64,000 nt of DNA from Gammaproteobacteria bacterium (GTDB lineage Bacteria; Pseudomonadota; Gammaproteobacteria; Eutrophobiales; Eutrophobiaceae): positions 1,995-65,994 of the forward strand of contig JBBDSH010000091.1 in NCBI GenBank assembly GCA_040905045.1, given 5' to 3'. Below are positions 1 through 12,333 of this stretch, piece by piece (position 1 is the first letter of the stretch; each line of letters starts with the position of its first letter). The notes beneath the pieces were generated by a model. The model saw only the letters and a program-made list of their open reading frames with translations. It did not search any database and was not told where the DNA came from. Both the position numbers and the translations under genes were made by a program.

Positions 1-1
1 T

Positions 2-721
2 GACCATCAGAGTCTGGTTGGCGATCTGCCAGGCGCCGTTGATCAATAAGGTCCTCCCCTGCTCGTCTTTCACCGTCCAGACATGGATCGGGGCGGCCGG
101 ATCATGAGGCAGCTCGATATCGTAGGTGCAATCCTGGAAATCAATCGATTCGACTGCATCAGAAAAATGATCCCGGATACGTCGCTGTGAATGCCGGTTG
201 AAATCCGTGTTCCATTGGCCGGCCGTTTCCGGTCGGCTGTTGTCGCAGAACTGCACGCGCACCTCGATATTATGGGGATTGAAAAGGCCGGTCGCCATGA
301 CATACCCGCCGTCCCGACACAGACTTAAAAGTTTTTCAACCGGTTCTTCAAACTCCGGAAACAGCGACAGGAAGCACGTGGCAATGACAACGTCAAATTT
401 CCCCTTGATGTCATACAGATCCGCCTGTTCAAACCCGACACCTGCGAGGCCCGGAAATGCTTTTGCTGTTTCAATGAATTCGGCCGTGTGATCGTAGCCG
501 TGAAGCTGCCATTGCGGGAAACGCCTGTGCAGATAGTACAGTAGCTCACCGTTGCCGCAGCCGATATCCGCCACACTCAACGGGGCTGATGTGTCAAGGC
601 GCTGTTCCAGCGCTGCAGCGATGGTTTTGAAATCTTCCTTGGGATTTTCATAGCGGTCACTGGAAGTATACCGGTACAGTTCCGGATGGCGCTGATACAT
701 GGAACGCCGGTTGTCAGGCAT
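2..721 (-). CDS. class I SAM-dependent methyltransferase; its 3' end runs off the window and it is not in the supplied ORF track
   Basis: Own translation of the minus strand from ATG 721-719 gives MPDNRRSMYQRHPELYRY...LSVADIGCGNGELLYYLHRRFPQWQLHGYDH... The frame is open down to position 2. ADIGCGNG is the glycine-rich SAM-binding motif I. The start overlaps the stop of the upstream gene (TGATG). Confidence 0.7.
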   Translation of the reverse strand, partial: MPDNRRSMYQRHPELYRYTSSDRYENPKEDFKTIAAALEQRLDTSAPLSVADIGCGNGELLYYLHRRFPQWQLHGYDHTAEFIETAKAFPGLAGVGFEQADLYDIKGKFDVVIATCFLSLFPEFEEPVEKLLSLCRDGGYVMATGLFNPHNIEVRVQFCDNSRPETAGQWNTDFNRHSQRRIRDHFSDAVESIDFQDCTYDIELPHDPAAPIHVWTVKDEQGRTLLINGAWQIANQTLMV

Positions 722-1881
722 CAGTTGCGCTCGCCGCCGGCGGTAATAGCACAGGTCTCGCCCGGATACTCCCATCCTTCCCAGTTGGGGACAATAAAAT
801 CCTCGATTACCCAACGCCCGTTACGCAAGGTCCAGATATCATGGTTACGGAAGGACTCGGCCACCTCATAAAAACGCTCGATGGTGATGCCCAGATATTC
901 GCAGAAATGGCGAATATCCTCGTGCGGGATCTCCGGGGCCCGTTCACGGATGATTTCAACGGCTGCCTCGCGGCTGATGCGGCCCGCACGGATATCGATG
1001 GACAAATTGTCGAACAGGCGGGTGCAGCCGAATTTGTACCACTTCAGGTAATGGTGGATGGATATAAAGCCGGAGTCCACGTCGTCGAACGTGTGCCAGC
1101 CCGGGCCGCTGTCCGGCGCCCGGAAACCGTGCTTCTGCGCCACTTCGAAGGTCTTGACCGGATCCCAGGGGAAAAAGTAGCCGAGATAGATCCCGCGCAC
1201 CGGATTGTTCTTGAGTTCCTCTTTTTCCGGTGCGAAATACGGCGTCATCTCCCGGCGGGAGAAATGTTCGCCGACCCAGTCTTCGGCGGTGGTACCCTGG
1301 GTCACGCCGTGGCGGATCAGCCATTCGTAATTTACGTCAACGCCTTCCGATTCCTCCTCCAGATTGCCGTACTCGATAGCATCATTCTCGCCCCAGACGA
1401 TCAGCGGAATACGGAACTTCACGGCAAACTTGAGCGGGATATTGTACAGCGCCATGTGCTTGGGGATGCCGGGCACGGCATAGTTTTCGTAGGACAGCCG
1501 CATGAAGCGCCGTTCCACATCCGGGTTGATCCAGTTGTCGATGTTGTCGACGCCCAGGCGCACGAGATTGTCGAGGTTCTGCTGGCCGATTTCCAGCCGC
1601 GCCGGATCGCGCCAGGTTACGGTCAGTGGATTGAGGCCGTATTCCAGGCAGGTAACGACCTGCCAGTAGCTGTCCTTGCCGCCGCTGACCGGCACGAGGC
1701 AATCATAGCCATGACTGTTCTCGCGCGCCCACTCGGCAATTTCCCGGAAACGGCGTTCCCGTTCCGTCCAGTCAACGCCTTCACGCCGATCCCATGCCCG
1801 GCAGGCACTGCAGATGCCGTCGGGCGGCAGGTTGATGCGGGGGTGGCTTTCCGGGGTTACACAACGTCGGCAGTATTTCAT
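721..1881 (-). CDS. N-acetyl sugar amidotransferase (PP-loop ATPase, WbpG/PseA-like)
   Basis: 386-aa ORF. It has an N-terminal Cys cluster (CRRCVTPESHP...GICSACR) followed by the PP-loop motif VSGGKDS. It lies in a nonulosonic acid cluster and overlaps pseI by 4 nt. Confidence 0.8.
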   Translation of the reverse strand: MKYCRRCVTPESHPRINLPPDGICSACRAWDRREGVDWTERERRFREIAEWARENSHGYDCLVPVSGGKDSYWQVVTCLEYGLNPLTVTWRDPARLEIGQQNLDNLVRLGVDNIDNWINPDVERRFMRLSYENYAVPGIPKHMALYNIPLKFAVKFRIPLIVWGENDAIEYGNLEEESEGVDVNYEWLIRHGVTQGTTAEDWVGEHFSRREMTPYFAPEKEELKNNPVRGIYLGYFFPWDPVKTFEVAQKHGFRAPDSGPGWHTFDDVDSGFISIHHYLKWYKFGCTRLFDNLSIDIRAGRISREAAVEIIRERAPEIPHEDIRHFCEYLGITIERFYEVAESFRNHDIWTLRNGRWVIEDFIVPNWEGWEYPGETCAITAGGERN

Positions 1882-2939
1882 GGCTCCAGCATTGACCAGT
1901 CAAGGGGAGTGCCGCGCGGCACATCACGATTGAACGTTCGTCCGCATACCTCGCTCAAATGGCGGGGCGCAAGCCCGCCACCGGGACGGATACTGCGGAC
2001 ATTATACTCGCTCAGGATCTCGCCGGCGCGGACATCTTCGACAACGTACAGAGAGCGCCGGAAAATACGGCTGGCCTCGACGCTGGGACTGATGCCGTCA
2101 GGGTCGCCAAGCGACTCCCAGGCAGTATAACAATCCCGGCACATACGGCCGAATTCATCGGGCTCCAGGGAAAACAGCGCATCGGGGCCGCCTTCGCTGC
2201 GGTCCAGCGTCAAGTGTTTTTCTATCATCGCGGCACCCAGTGCGATCGCCGCCACCGGTACGGCTGTACCGGTAGTATGATCGGACAAACCCGTCGGGAG
2301 TCCGAATTCCTCCTCATAGGAGGCAATCTTGCGGAGGTGACTTTCCCCGGCCGGCGTCGGATAGGCGCTGACGCAATGCAGGAGAACCAGTTGCCGGCAG
2401 CCGCCGCGGCGTGCCGCGGCCACCGCCTGCCGGACTTCGTCGCGATCGGTAATTCCCGTGGAGATGATCAGCGGTTTGCCGGTTGCCGCCGCCTTTTCGA
2501 TTAACGGCGTGTCATGGGCCTCGAAGGAGGCGATCTTGTAGGCTGGGCAGTCCAGCGTTTCCAGAAAATCCACCGCCGTGGGATCAAAAGGGGCGCTGAA
2601 GACGGTGATGCCCAGTTGCCGTCCTTTTTCGAACAGCGCTTCATGCCATTCCCAGGGCGTACTGGCCTCGGTGTAAAGATCGTACAGGGTCCGGCCCGCC
2701 CAGGGCCCTTCCGTGATGGCAAAATCCTCACCGTCGTGATCGATGGTCAGCGTATCCGCCGTATAGGTCTGCAGTTTGACGGCATCGGCGCCCGCCTCGA
2801 CCGCCGCTTCCAGTATACGAAAGGCGCGTTCCTGTTCGCCCAGATGATTGGCCGACATTTCCGCGACCATGTAGGGCGGATGTCCTCTTCCGATCCGCCG
2901 TCCGTTCAGGATTACTTCTTTTTGCAACGTTACCGTCAT
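1878..2939 (-). CDS. pseI: pseudaminic acid synthase (NeuB family with a C-terminal SAF domain)
   Basis: 353 aa. NeuB-type TIM barrel signature (PYMVAEMSANHLG, AVKLQTY, PAYKIASFE, GLSDHT) and a SAF-like C-terminus. It is co-clustered with pseB/C/F/G. Confidence 0.85.
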   Translation of the reverse strand: MTVTLQKEVILNGRRIGRGHPPYMVAEMSANHLGEQERAFRILEAAVEAGADAVKLQTYTADTLTIDHDGEDFAITEGPWAGRTLYDLYTEASTPWEWHEALFEKGRQLGITVFSAPFDPTAVDFLETLDCPAYKIASFEAHDTPLIEKAAATGKPLIISTGITDRDEVRQAVAAARRGGCRQLVLLHCVSAYPTPAGESHLRKIASYEEEFGLPTGLSDHTTGTAVPVAAIALGAAMIEKHLTLDRSEGGPDALFSLEPDEFGRMCRDCYTAWESLGDPDGISPSVEASRIFRRSLYVVEDVRAGEILSEYNVRSIRPGGGLAPRHLSEVCGRTFNRDVPRGTPLDWSMLEP

Positions 2940-3622
2940 TCCTGCGTATCCGGTTTGCCGGCTTTTTCAATTCTTAGACGATAGCGATGCCCCCGCCAGT
3001 CGAAAAAGGCCGGATAGCGATCGTTGTCCACGACCCGCAGAAGATTGAACTGATCGGCGATGCTGGATTGCGGATCCAGAACACTGTCCGCGGGACCGCG
3101 CCGCGGCCAGTAACTCGGCTCACCTTCCTGGGGCGTTCCTTCCGGCGGCACCGGCTCCTGTAAAAACCGTTCGCAAAGCTGCAGTGTTTTCTCCGCCAGC
3201 ACATGCCGCATTTCATCGATCAACTCATGACCCTCGAATCGCAGATGGTCCCGGTAGATAACCCTGCCCGCATCCACCTCTTCCGCCGCCTCCAGCAACG
3301 AAACAGGTATACGGTTTTTCCCTTCCAGTATCTGCCAGGTCAGGGGCGACATGCCCCGGCCCTGCGGAAGTTCACTGGCGTGCACGACCAGATTACGGTG
3401 GTGAAGGGTAAGGGATCCGGGCGGGACAATGCGATGGCAGCTCAGCAGGAACGCCACCGCACCCTTTGCAAGATCGGACACAGCCCGGCACAGTACGGCA
3501 TGATCGCCGCCGCTGTTGATGCGATCCACGAGTTCCTCACACCAGGGCAGCATCCACTCGTCATTATCGATAAACACAGTTATCCGGCGCGGCCGGTTCC
3601 ACCATTTTGGTATGCGGCTCAT
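2936..3622 (-). CDS. formyltransferase-domain protein (methionyl-tRNA formyltransferase-like N-terminal domain only)
   Basis: 228 aa. VVHASELPQGRGMSPLTWQI resembles the HxSLLPxxRG folate-dependent formyltransferase motif, and EEVDAGRVI resembles the catalytic Asp region. It has 4-nt overlaps with both neighbours. Confidence 0.6.
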   Translation of the reverse strand: MSRIPKWWNRPRRITVFIDNDEWMLPWCEELVDRINSGGDHAVLCRAVSDLAKGAVAFLLSCHRIVPPGSLTLHHRNLVVHASELPQGRGMSPLTWQILEGKNRIPVSLLEAAEEVDAGRVIYRDHLRFEGHELIDEMRHVLAEKTLQLCERFLQEPVPPEGTPQEGEPSYWPRRGPADSVLDPQSSIADQFNLLRVVDNDRYPAFFDWRGHRYRLRIEKAGKPDTQE

Positions 3623-4647
3623 TGTTTCTGAAGTTCTTGTATGATGCGTTGGATTCCGCGGCCGTCACAGATCCCCCTCGCGGCGGCCGCCATGGCGGAG
3701 CGGCGTTTGCCGTCCGCGCACAGAGCCCGGACAGCGGCCGCCACGTCCTGCGCCGTCAGGCCTTCCGCCGATCCCAGGGATTCGACAGCGCCGGCCTGTG
3801 CCAGCGCCGAGGTGTTGGCCGCCTGATTCGCGGCAATCACTATAACAATCGACGGCAGGCCCAGACAGCAACGCTCCAGGGCGGTACCGCCGCCGGCACC
3901 GACCGCCATATCCGCAGCCGCCATGATTGCGGCTATATTAGCACTCTCCTCGTGGATGCGGACGGGATAAGGCAGCGTCACCGCCAGATCGAGGATCACT
4001 TCCCGCCAGATTGAGGCCCGGCCGATCACCACGTCCACGGGCACGCGCAGACCCGCGCGGCGGATCCCCTCCAGGGCGGTCAGGGTGTGGCCGCCGGCGT
4101 CGGTGAAACCGAAACTGACAAACAGGCGGCGGCATTCCGATGACTCTTCACGGCTCAAGGCGCGTTCCCGCTGGCGCTGGAATTCCGGCCGCAGCAGGGC
4201 GTAATCCGGTCCCGTCAGCAGCCGGCAGTCTGCCGGAGCCCGGTTTTCCCAGGCGGCGGCCGTACGGCCGGGCGTCGGATCGATCAATACATCGCAGTCG
4301 CAGCGCCGATCCGCCAGATCGTCGATAACGGCGATGCGCTCGGCCCAGTCGCGGGCGGCGCGATGAAACAACGCGTCCAGGCCGTAATGATCCACAATCA
4401 GCCAGTCGGCCCTGGCGTCCAGCGCCGTATCGATGGATTCCGTGTCATCAGCACCGGCCAGGCTGATGATGCGATGGCCGGAAGCGCCCAGGGCCGGCAC
4501 CGTTTCCAGGGACTCCGGGCAAGTCGCGAAGACACAGGTCCAGCCGTTGCCGGCCAGGGCATCCGCCAGCGCCAGCGAGCGGATAACGTGGCCGCCGCCG
4601 ATGCCGGCCGCGGCGTCCGCCCGGAATACCGCCAGCGGCCGGGTCAT
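3619..4647 (-). CDS. pseG: UDP-2,4-diacetamido-2,4,6-trideoxy-beta-L-altropyranose hydrolase
   Basis: 342 aa. The N-terminus VFRADAAAGIGGGHVIRSLALADAL is typical of PseG (GT-B fold). It sits in a pse cluster. Confidence 0.75.
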   Translation of the reverse strand: MTRPLAVFRADAAAGIGGGHVIRSLALADALAGNGWTCVFATCPESLETVPALGASGHRIISLAGADDTESIDTALDARADWLIVDHYGLDALFHRAARDWAERIAVIDDLADRRCDCDVLIDPTPGRTAAAWENRAPADCRLLTGPDYALLRPEFQRQRERALSREESSECRRLFVSFGFTDAGGHTLTALEGIRRAGLRVPVDVVIGRASIWREVILDLAVTLPYPVRIHEESANIAAIMAAADMAVGAGGGTALERCCLGLPSIVIVIAANQAANTSALAQAGAVESLGSAEGLTAQDVAAAVRALCADGKRRSAMAAAARGICDGRGIQRIIQELQKQ

Positions 4648-5969
4648 TCCCGTACCCGGAACACCGGCTGGATCAGCGGACAGCCGAGGCGATCCGCCAG
4701 GCCCGGCTGCGCGATTTCTTCCGCGATGCGGGCGCAGGTGCGATCGAAGGCCGCCAGCACACCGTCGATATCGGCGTTGTCGTGCGCGTACATCAGGTTG
4801 AAGGCGCCGGTGGTCAGCACGCCCTGTTCCAGCATGCTGACCGCATACAGGGTCTGCACGGCCTGGCGCGAGGCATGGGCATGATCACGGAAGGTCAGCG
4901 ACTGCATGGGCGGCAGGCCGGCAATGGCCATGACATTATCGATACCGTGGCCGGTGATACTCCGCTGCAAACCCTCACGCAGCCGGCGGCCGGACCGCCA
5001 CAGGGTGTCGATAACCGGCTCACACTGCATTTTCTCCAGCACCGCCAGCGCCGCCGCCAGCGACAGTGCTTCACCGCCGAAGGTCCCGGAAATGAATATG
5101 TCGTCGAATTCGCGCATGAGTTCGCGGCGGCCGGCGATCACCGACAGCGGCATGCCGTTGCCCAGGGCCTTGCCGAGACAGGTCAGATCCGGCGTGACGC
5201 CGTAATGGGCCTGGGCGCCGCCTGTATGGATGCGGCAGGCGGTAATGATTTCATCGAACACCAGCACCGCGCCCTGCTCGCGGGTGAGATCGCGCAGGCC
5301 CTGGAGATAACCCGTGCGCGGTTCCTCGGTATGGACCGGTTCAATCATGACGGCGGCGATTTCATCCGGATATTGATCGAACAGTCCGCGCATCGCCTCC
5401 AGATCATTGAAGGGGGCGCGGTGGGTCAGCCCGCGGACGCACTCGGGCACGCCCTTGTGCCGTGTCGTGGCGCCGATGTACCAGTCCTGCCAGCCGTGAT
5501 AGCCGGTGGTGATGACGCGTTCGCGGCCGGTGGCGGCGCGGGCCACGCGCACCGCCGCAGCCGTGGCGTCGGAGCCGTTCTTGCCGAAGCGGACCATGTC
5601 GGCACAGGGAATAATGTCGATCAGCCGTTCGGCCAGCTCGCCTTCCAGCTGCGTGGCCAGGCTGAAACTGATGCCGTGCTGCAGCTGTGACCGGATCGCG
5701 GCGTCCACATCCGGATCACGATAACCCAGTATCACCGCCAGCAATGCGGCCATGACATCCACGTATTCGTTACCGTCAATATCCCTTACCCGGCCGCCGC
5801 GGCCCTGCTGGAGAAAATGCGGGGCGCGCCCGCGCGGGAACAGCAGCGGGCCCTTGGAGAAGGTCTGGGTACCGCCGGGGATGAGGGCTTCCACCTTCGC
5901 CAGCCAGTCACGGCTGGCGGCGTAGCGTTTTTCGTCCGAACCGGCCATGTCCGTGTCAGCCTTCCGCAC
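4644..5969 (-). CDS. class III (glutamate-1-semialdehyde aminomutase-like) PLP aminotransferase
   Basis: 441-aa ORF containing IPGGTQTFSKG, TGYHGWQDWY and FDEIITACR-type class III motifs. The start is uncertain: GTG at 5969 or ATG at 5948. Confidence 0.8.
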   Translation of the reverse strand: MRKADTDMAGSDEKRYAASRDWLAKVEALIPGGTQTFSKGPLLFPRGRAPHFLQQGRGGRVRDIDGNEYVDVMAALLAVILGYRDPDVDAAIRSQLQHGISFSLATQLEGELAERLIDIIPCADMVRFGKNGSDATAAAVRVARAATGRERVITTGYHGWQDWYIGATTRHKGVPECVRGLTHRAPFNDLEAMRGLFDQYPDEIAAVMIEPVHTEEPRTGYLQGLRDLTREQGAVLVFDEIITACRIHTGGAQAHYGVTPDLTCLGKALGNGMPLSVIAGRRELMREFDDIFISGTFGGEALSLAAALAVLEKMQCEPVIDTLWRSGRRLREGLQRSITGHGIDNVMAIAGLPPMQSLTFRDHAHASRQAVQTLYAVSMLEQGVLTTGAFNLMYAHDNADIDGVLAAFDRTCARIAEEIAQPGLADRLGCPLIQPVFRVRE

Positions 5970-6954
5970 CGGCGTTCAGGGCGGTGCCGTTTTTCACCGC
6001 CAGCGCCACCGCCAGTTCCATCAGTGCCATGCGGCCGTCCAGCAGATCCGCCGGCGGTTCGCCGCCGGAGGCGTCGAGGAAACGATGCAGCAGGGCCCGG
6101 TACATGGCGTCGGCGTCCACCCCCTGCGATTCATACAATGTCTGCCAGTCACCGCGATCGCGGCGGAACAGACGCACGCGGCAGTGCTCCGGATCCGCAC
6201 CTTCGCTTTCCCATAACAATGTCCCCTCACTGCCGACCAGTTCGCAGCCGCGGCGCTTGCAGGCCTGCAGGTAATCCAGGTGGATCTCCGCCCGCACGCC
6301 GTTGTCGTGCTGCAGCTGAATGGCGGCGTAATCCTCGACATCGATTTCCAGATCCGAACGGCGTGCCGTTACACCGCCGGCCGTCCGCACCGGTCCGAAC
6401 AGCCACATGAGGTAATCGATTTCATGGATGGCGTCCAGCACTACGCCGCCGCCGGCCTCGCTGCGGGCACAATACAGAGTGCGATAATCCGCCTGCGGCC
6501 GCATGTCGGGCAGCCACTGGCCGAAATGGGCGCGTGCAAACCAGGGCTCGCCGATTTCATGCAGATATCGGTTCAATGTCGCCGGTCCCGGATGAAAACG
6601 CATGTTGCAGACCACATACAGCCGCGGCACGGGTGTGCCGGCCTGTTCCACCAGTTCCGCGGTCTCGGTATCCATGCGATCGGCCAGGGGCTTTTCCACC
6701 AGCACGCGGCAGCCGGCCTCGATCAGTTGTCCGGCGATCGGGACATGATGCGCGTGCGGCGTTGCCACTACGGCGGCGTCCGGGCGCCATTCCAGTGCCC
6801 GATCCATGTCGGTAAACATCATGACGCCGAGGTCGGCGGCAACGGTTTGCGCCCGGGCGCCGTCGCTGTCATGCACGGCCACCTCGGCCCGTTCCCGCGC
6901 CAGCCGCGCATGGCGGCGGCCGATGGAACCGGTCCCGACGACCAGCAGCTTCAT
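5956..6954 (-). CDS. Gfo/Idh/MocA family NAD(P)-dependent oxidoreductase
   Basis: 332 aa. N-terminal Rossmann motif MKLLVVGTGSIGRRH and the EKP motif (VLVEKPLA). Confidence 0.75.
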   Translation of the reverse strand: MKLLVVGTGSIGRRHARLARERAEVAVHDSDGARAQTVAADLGVMMFTDMDRALEWRPDAAVVATPHAHHVPIAGQLIEAGCRVLVEKPLADRMDTETAELVEQAGTPVPRLYVVCNMRFHPGPATLNRYLHEIGEPWFARAHFGQWLPDMRPQADYRTLYCARSEAGGGVVLDAIHEIDYLMWLFGPVRTAGGVTARRSDLEIDVEDYAAIQLQHDNGVRAEIHLDYLQACKRRGCELVGSEGTLLWESEGADPEHCRVRLFRRDRGDWQTLYESQGVDADAMYRALLHRFLDASGGEPPADLLDGRMALMELAVALAVKNGTALNAGAEG

Positions 6955-7640
6955 GACCCGTGCGTCTCCGCAAACCGGCGCGCCAGGTCCAGGTCGTTCT
7001 GTTCGTCGATGTCGACGGATCGCGTGAACGGCATGGGCCAGCCGCGCAGTCCGGGCCCGTAAAAAGTGCGCTGTTCACGGAATGCCGTCACGGTGACGGC
7101 GTAGGTGCTGCCGTTGTCCACGCACAGCGGCCCGATTTCGGCGGCGCTGCGTTCCACCAGTTCCGGCCATTGCGGTCGCAGGCGGCCGTCTTTGCCGATG
7201 CACAGCGCCTGGTGCGGCGGGTGTGTATAGCGGGTAACGGCCATGGCGAAATCGCAGACACCGGGTTCGATGAGATCCAGCACGGCATTGATATCGTCGC
7301 TGTGGCGCAGCGGCGCGGTGGCGTAAAGAAAGGAAATCACATCATAGGATCGCCCGTCACGTTCTTCCCGGTCGAGGATATCGATGCCCACGTCGACAAG
7401 ACCGGCCGTATCCGCGGCCAGCGCGGCGGGGCGTTCACTGACCTCGGCGCCGGCCCCGCGGGCCACCTCGGCAATGCCGGCGTCTTCGGTGGAAACCAGG
7501 ATACGTTCGAAGCGGCCACACGCCCGCGCCGCGTCGATGGTCCAGACGATAATGGGGCGGCCGAGGAAATCGGCCGTGTTCTTGCCGGGCAGGCGTTTGG
7601 ATCCGCCGCGCGCGGGGATGACGGCCAGACACTTCAGCAT
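6951..7640 (-). CDS. pseF: CMP-pseudaminic acid synthetase (acylneuraminate cytidylyltransferase family)
   Basis: 229 aa. AVIPARGGSKRLPGKN is the cytidylyltransferase signature. It sits in a pse cluster. Confidence 0.8.
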   Translation of the reverse strand: MLKCLAVIPARGGSKRLPGKNTADFLGRPIIVWTIDAARACGRFERILVSTEDAGIAEVARGAGAEVSERPAALAADTAGLVDVGIDILDREERDGRSYDVISFLYATAPLRHSDDINAVLDLIEPGVCDFAMAVTRYTHPPHQALCIGKDGRLRPQWPELVERSAAEIGPLCVDNGSTYAVTVTAFREQRTFYGPGLRGWPMPFTRSVDIDEQNDLDLARRFAETHGS

Positions 7641-7668
7641 GGGTGCGTCTCCACTGCCATGATGGTGA

Positions 7669-9812
<2,144 letters not shown>

Positions 9813-9886
9813 TTATTAGACTATATTTCGCGATTCATTAACAACAGACAGTGATGGCGCATCCAGAAATCCTGTCAAGCCGGGAT

Positions 9887-11782
9887 TCAAGATGTCTGGG
9901 AAGCAGCTTTTTCCCCTGGTTTTTTCGCCTTTGCCACCACATAACGATCACGTCCCAGCTCTTTTGCTTTATAGAGGGCCGCATCCGCCGCATTGGTGAT
10001 TGCCTCGACTGAATCACCGTGTTCGGGATACAGGCCAATACCGAGGGAAACTGACAGGCCTTCAAGCCGCTTGCCCTTGTGCTGGATCTTGATCAATTTC
10101 ACAGCCTGGCGAATCTCCTCGGCCCGCTGCTCCGCCACGGAACGGGATATTCCGGGCATGATAACCAGGAACTCCTCACCGCCGAAGCGGCAGGCGACGT
10201 CATCATCGCGGATAATGTTGGCCAGCAGTTCGCCCAGTTCCCGCAGAACGGTATCGCCGGCATCATGGCCATAAGTATCATTGAACTTCTTGAAGTAATC
10301 GATATCCAGCATGATCACGGCCAGGCTGTCGCCGGCGCGCTGTGACCGCGCCATCTCCCGTTCCAGTGTCTCCTGCATGTAACGCCGGTTGAACAGGCCG
10401 GTCAGGGGATCGCGCACCGATTGTTCCTGTAATTCCTCGCGCAGGCGCAGATTGGCCAGGGCCAGGGCAAGATGCTCGGAAGCACTGACACCCAGCTGCG
10501 ACAGTTCTTCCGTGGCATGGTAGGACTCGTAATCCTTCCATTCCGGATTGACGCGCAGATGCAGCAGTCCGATGACGTCGCCATAACCGATCAGGGGAAT
10601 ACACATATAAGGGCCGGATATGTCGTCTTTACAATGATCGCATATCAACTCGCCGGCCGGGTCCAGGACAATATGCGCCCGCCCCTGACGCAACGCCCAG
10701 CAGTCGTTTTGCTCGAATGTCTCTTCAGCGGGCTCCTGTTCCCCCCACGATACCAGTGCCTCGACCAGGGAATGGGAATCATTGAAGGTATAGAGCGCAC
10801 CTCCGATACCGTCGGCGAACAGCTTCTGGATGTAATGCGAGATCACCGGCCGGGTTTCCTCGATGCTGTGGCAGATTTGCAGGCGATCGTTCATCTGTGA
10901 GAGCAGGGAGAACTTGCGATAATGCTGTTCCAGGGCCTGGTGGGCCTGCTGCAGTTCCGTTTCTGTTTTTTCCCTCTCCCGGAGTTCCTCCTTCAACCTG
11001 GTATTGGCTTCCAGGAGTTCCGCGGTTCTTTGTGACACCGTCTCCTCGAGTTCCTTGTGGCTCTTTTCGAGACTTTCTTCGCGTTCCTCGATTACCGTCA
11101 ACATTCTGTCAATGCCGTTTGCCAGAGTACCGACTTCGTCCTTTTGATCCAGGTCCGCCCGTTGGGAATAGTCGTGATGCTCCGTGACCCGTTGCATCAT
11201 GGAACTGAGTTTCCGCAAGGGGTCGGTGAATGACCGGCTCAGCCTGACGGCAATCAACATGGCGATCAAAAACGATACCAGCAATACTATGAATGAAATT
11301 GCAATATTCCTGGCCAGCCGATCCAGCCGTGACTGCATGCTGGATCGAATCACGACCCCGCCGATCTCTTGATTATCGAATATCACCGGGCTGGCAACGG
11401 TGATGATGCCGTCGGCGTATACCGCGCTTTTCTCGCCGAGCGCCGGAGGCCCGGACCAGGCCTCGCCATCGCCGTCTCTCACGAACCGGGCCAGTTGCGT
11501 CCCTTCCGTATCATGGAGAGACCCATAAACAATGTCCGGCCAGATACGCAAGGTATCCAGGGTCTCCTCGGCGGCGGCGGCGTCCTCGAAAATCAGGGCC
11601 GCCCGGCTGTTGGCGCCGATGAGTTCCGCCAGCGTCTCCAGCTCCGACATGGCGGCTTCGCGCTCGTTGAACCAGGATGCGATAACCAGCGATGTGCCCG
11701 ACAGTATTAACGCCACCACGGTGATCGTGACGAACGCGGCTATCAGCTTTTTCCTGATGGAAAGGTCGCGGGACCGGATCAT
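9887..11782 (-). CDS. diguanylate cyclase with CHASE8-like N-terminal sensor, HAMP, coiled coil, GAF and GGDEF domains
   Basis: 631 aa. It has a TM helix, then a periplasmic-type segment (LAELIGANSRAALIFEDAAAAEETL), a second TM and a HAMP domain. The GAF-like core is followed by RDPLTGLFNRR...RFGGEEF, with an RxxD (RDDD) I-site upstream. Confidence 0.85.
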   Translation of the reverse strand: MIRSRDLSIRKKLIAAFVTITVVALILSGTSLVIASWFNEREAAMSELETLAELIGANSRAALIFEDAAAAEETLDTLRIWPDIVYGSLHDTEGTQLARFVRDGDGEAWSGPPALGEKSAVYADGIITVASPVIFDNQEIGGVVIRSSMQSRLDRLARNIAISFIVLLVSFLIAMLIAVRLSRSFTDPLRKLSSMMQRVTEHHDYSQRADLDQKDEVGTLANGIDRMLTVIEEREESLEKSHKELEETVSQRTAELLEANTRLKEELREREKTETELQQAHQALEQHYRKFSLLSQMNDRLQICHSIEETRPVISHYIQKLFADGIGGALYTFNDSHSLVEALVSWGEQEPAEETFEQNDCWALRQGRAHIVLDPAGELICDHCKDDISGPYMCIPLIGYGDVIGLLHLRVNPEWKDYESYHATEELSQLGVSASEHLALALANLRLREELQEQSVRDPLTGLFNRRYMQETLEREMARSQRAGDSLAVIMLDIDYFKKFNDTYGHDAGDTVLRELGELLANIIRDDDVACRFGGEEFLVIMPGISRSVAEQRAEEIRQAVKLIKIQHKGKRLEGLSVSLGIGLYPEHGDSVEAITNAADAALYKAKELGRDRYVVAKAKKPGEKAASQTS

Positions 11783-12315
11783 GAACCGTCCCCTTCGATA
11801 ATCCTGGCGAGACGCAACAGTTGCGAGCTCATTTCCAGGCCGGTGCGCCGGGCCGCCTCAATATTAATGGCGAAACGAACCTTGTTGTTTTCCAGGTAGA
11901 GCTCGATGACACCGCCGTTTTCCGCGAAGCCGTCGATATCGGAAATAGATAACACGCCCCTGTCGCGACTGAGGATGTCCAGTAATGCAACATAATCGCC
12001 GGAAAGTGAGGGGCTGATATAGATTATGGCGCAATCGCCGCGTTCCTCGATGCGCTCCAGCCTGCGGATTGTCAGGGTCCGGCCCTGGACCTCCCTGCCT
12101 TCAAGGTTTTCAAGGGCCTCGCCGAACGGGTCCCGTCCCAGGACACAGAAATACAGATCCTTCTTTGCCTCGGGTTCCTCCGGCCAGTCGATGAAGCGGC
12201 TGAAATTGTAAATAAAAGCCGCCTTGACCTCGTACTCAGGTGCCGCAGCGGCCATGGAATCACAGAACAGGAAAGCGACTGCCGCCAGAAAGAGTTTACA
12301 GTGCTTTAGCGTCAT
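11779..12315 (-). CDS. YfiR-like periplasmic protein (DUF4154 family)
   Basis: 178 aa. It has a signal peptide and the VKAAFIYNFSRFIDWP signature. It overlaps the cyclase start by 4 nt. Confidence 0.75.
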   Translation of the reverse strand: MTLKHCKLFLAAVAFLFCDSMAAAAPEYEVKAAFIYNFSRFIDWPEEPEAKKDLYFCVLGRDPFGEALENLEGREVQGRTLTIRRLERIEERGDCAIIYISPSLSGDYVALLDILSRDRGVLSISDIDGFAENGGVIELYLENNKVRFAINIEAARRTGLEMSSQLLRLARIIEGDGS

Positions 12316-12333
12316 CGAATTAACACCGGGCGC

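Noticed and set aside
841-2130. Long antisense ORFs opposite well-supported genes. Examples: 841..2130 (+), 19772..21076 (-), 28858..29820 (-), 31461..32783 (+), 33203..34129 (-) and 50499..51278 (+).
   Set aside because: Each lies fully inside a CDS on the other strand that has clear family motifs. Their translations are Arg/Gly/Pro/Ala-rich with no recognisable domains, which is the usual shadow-ORF effect in GC-rich DNA.
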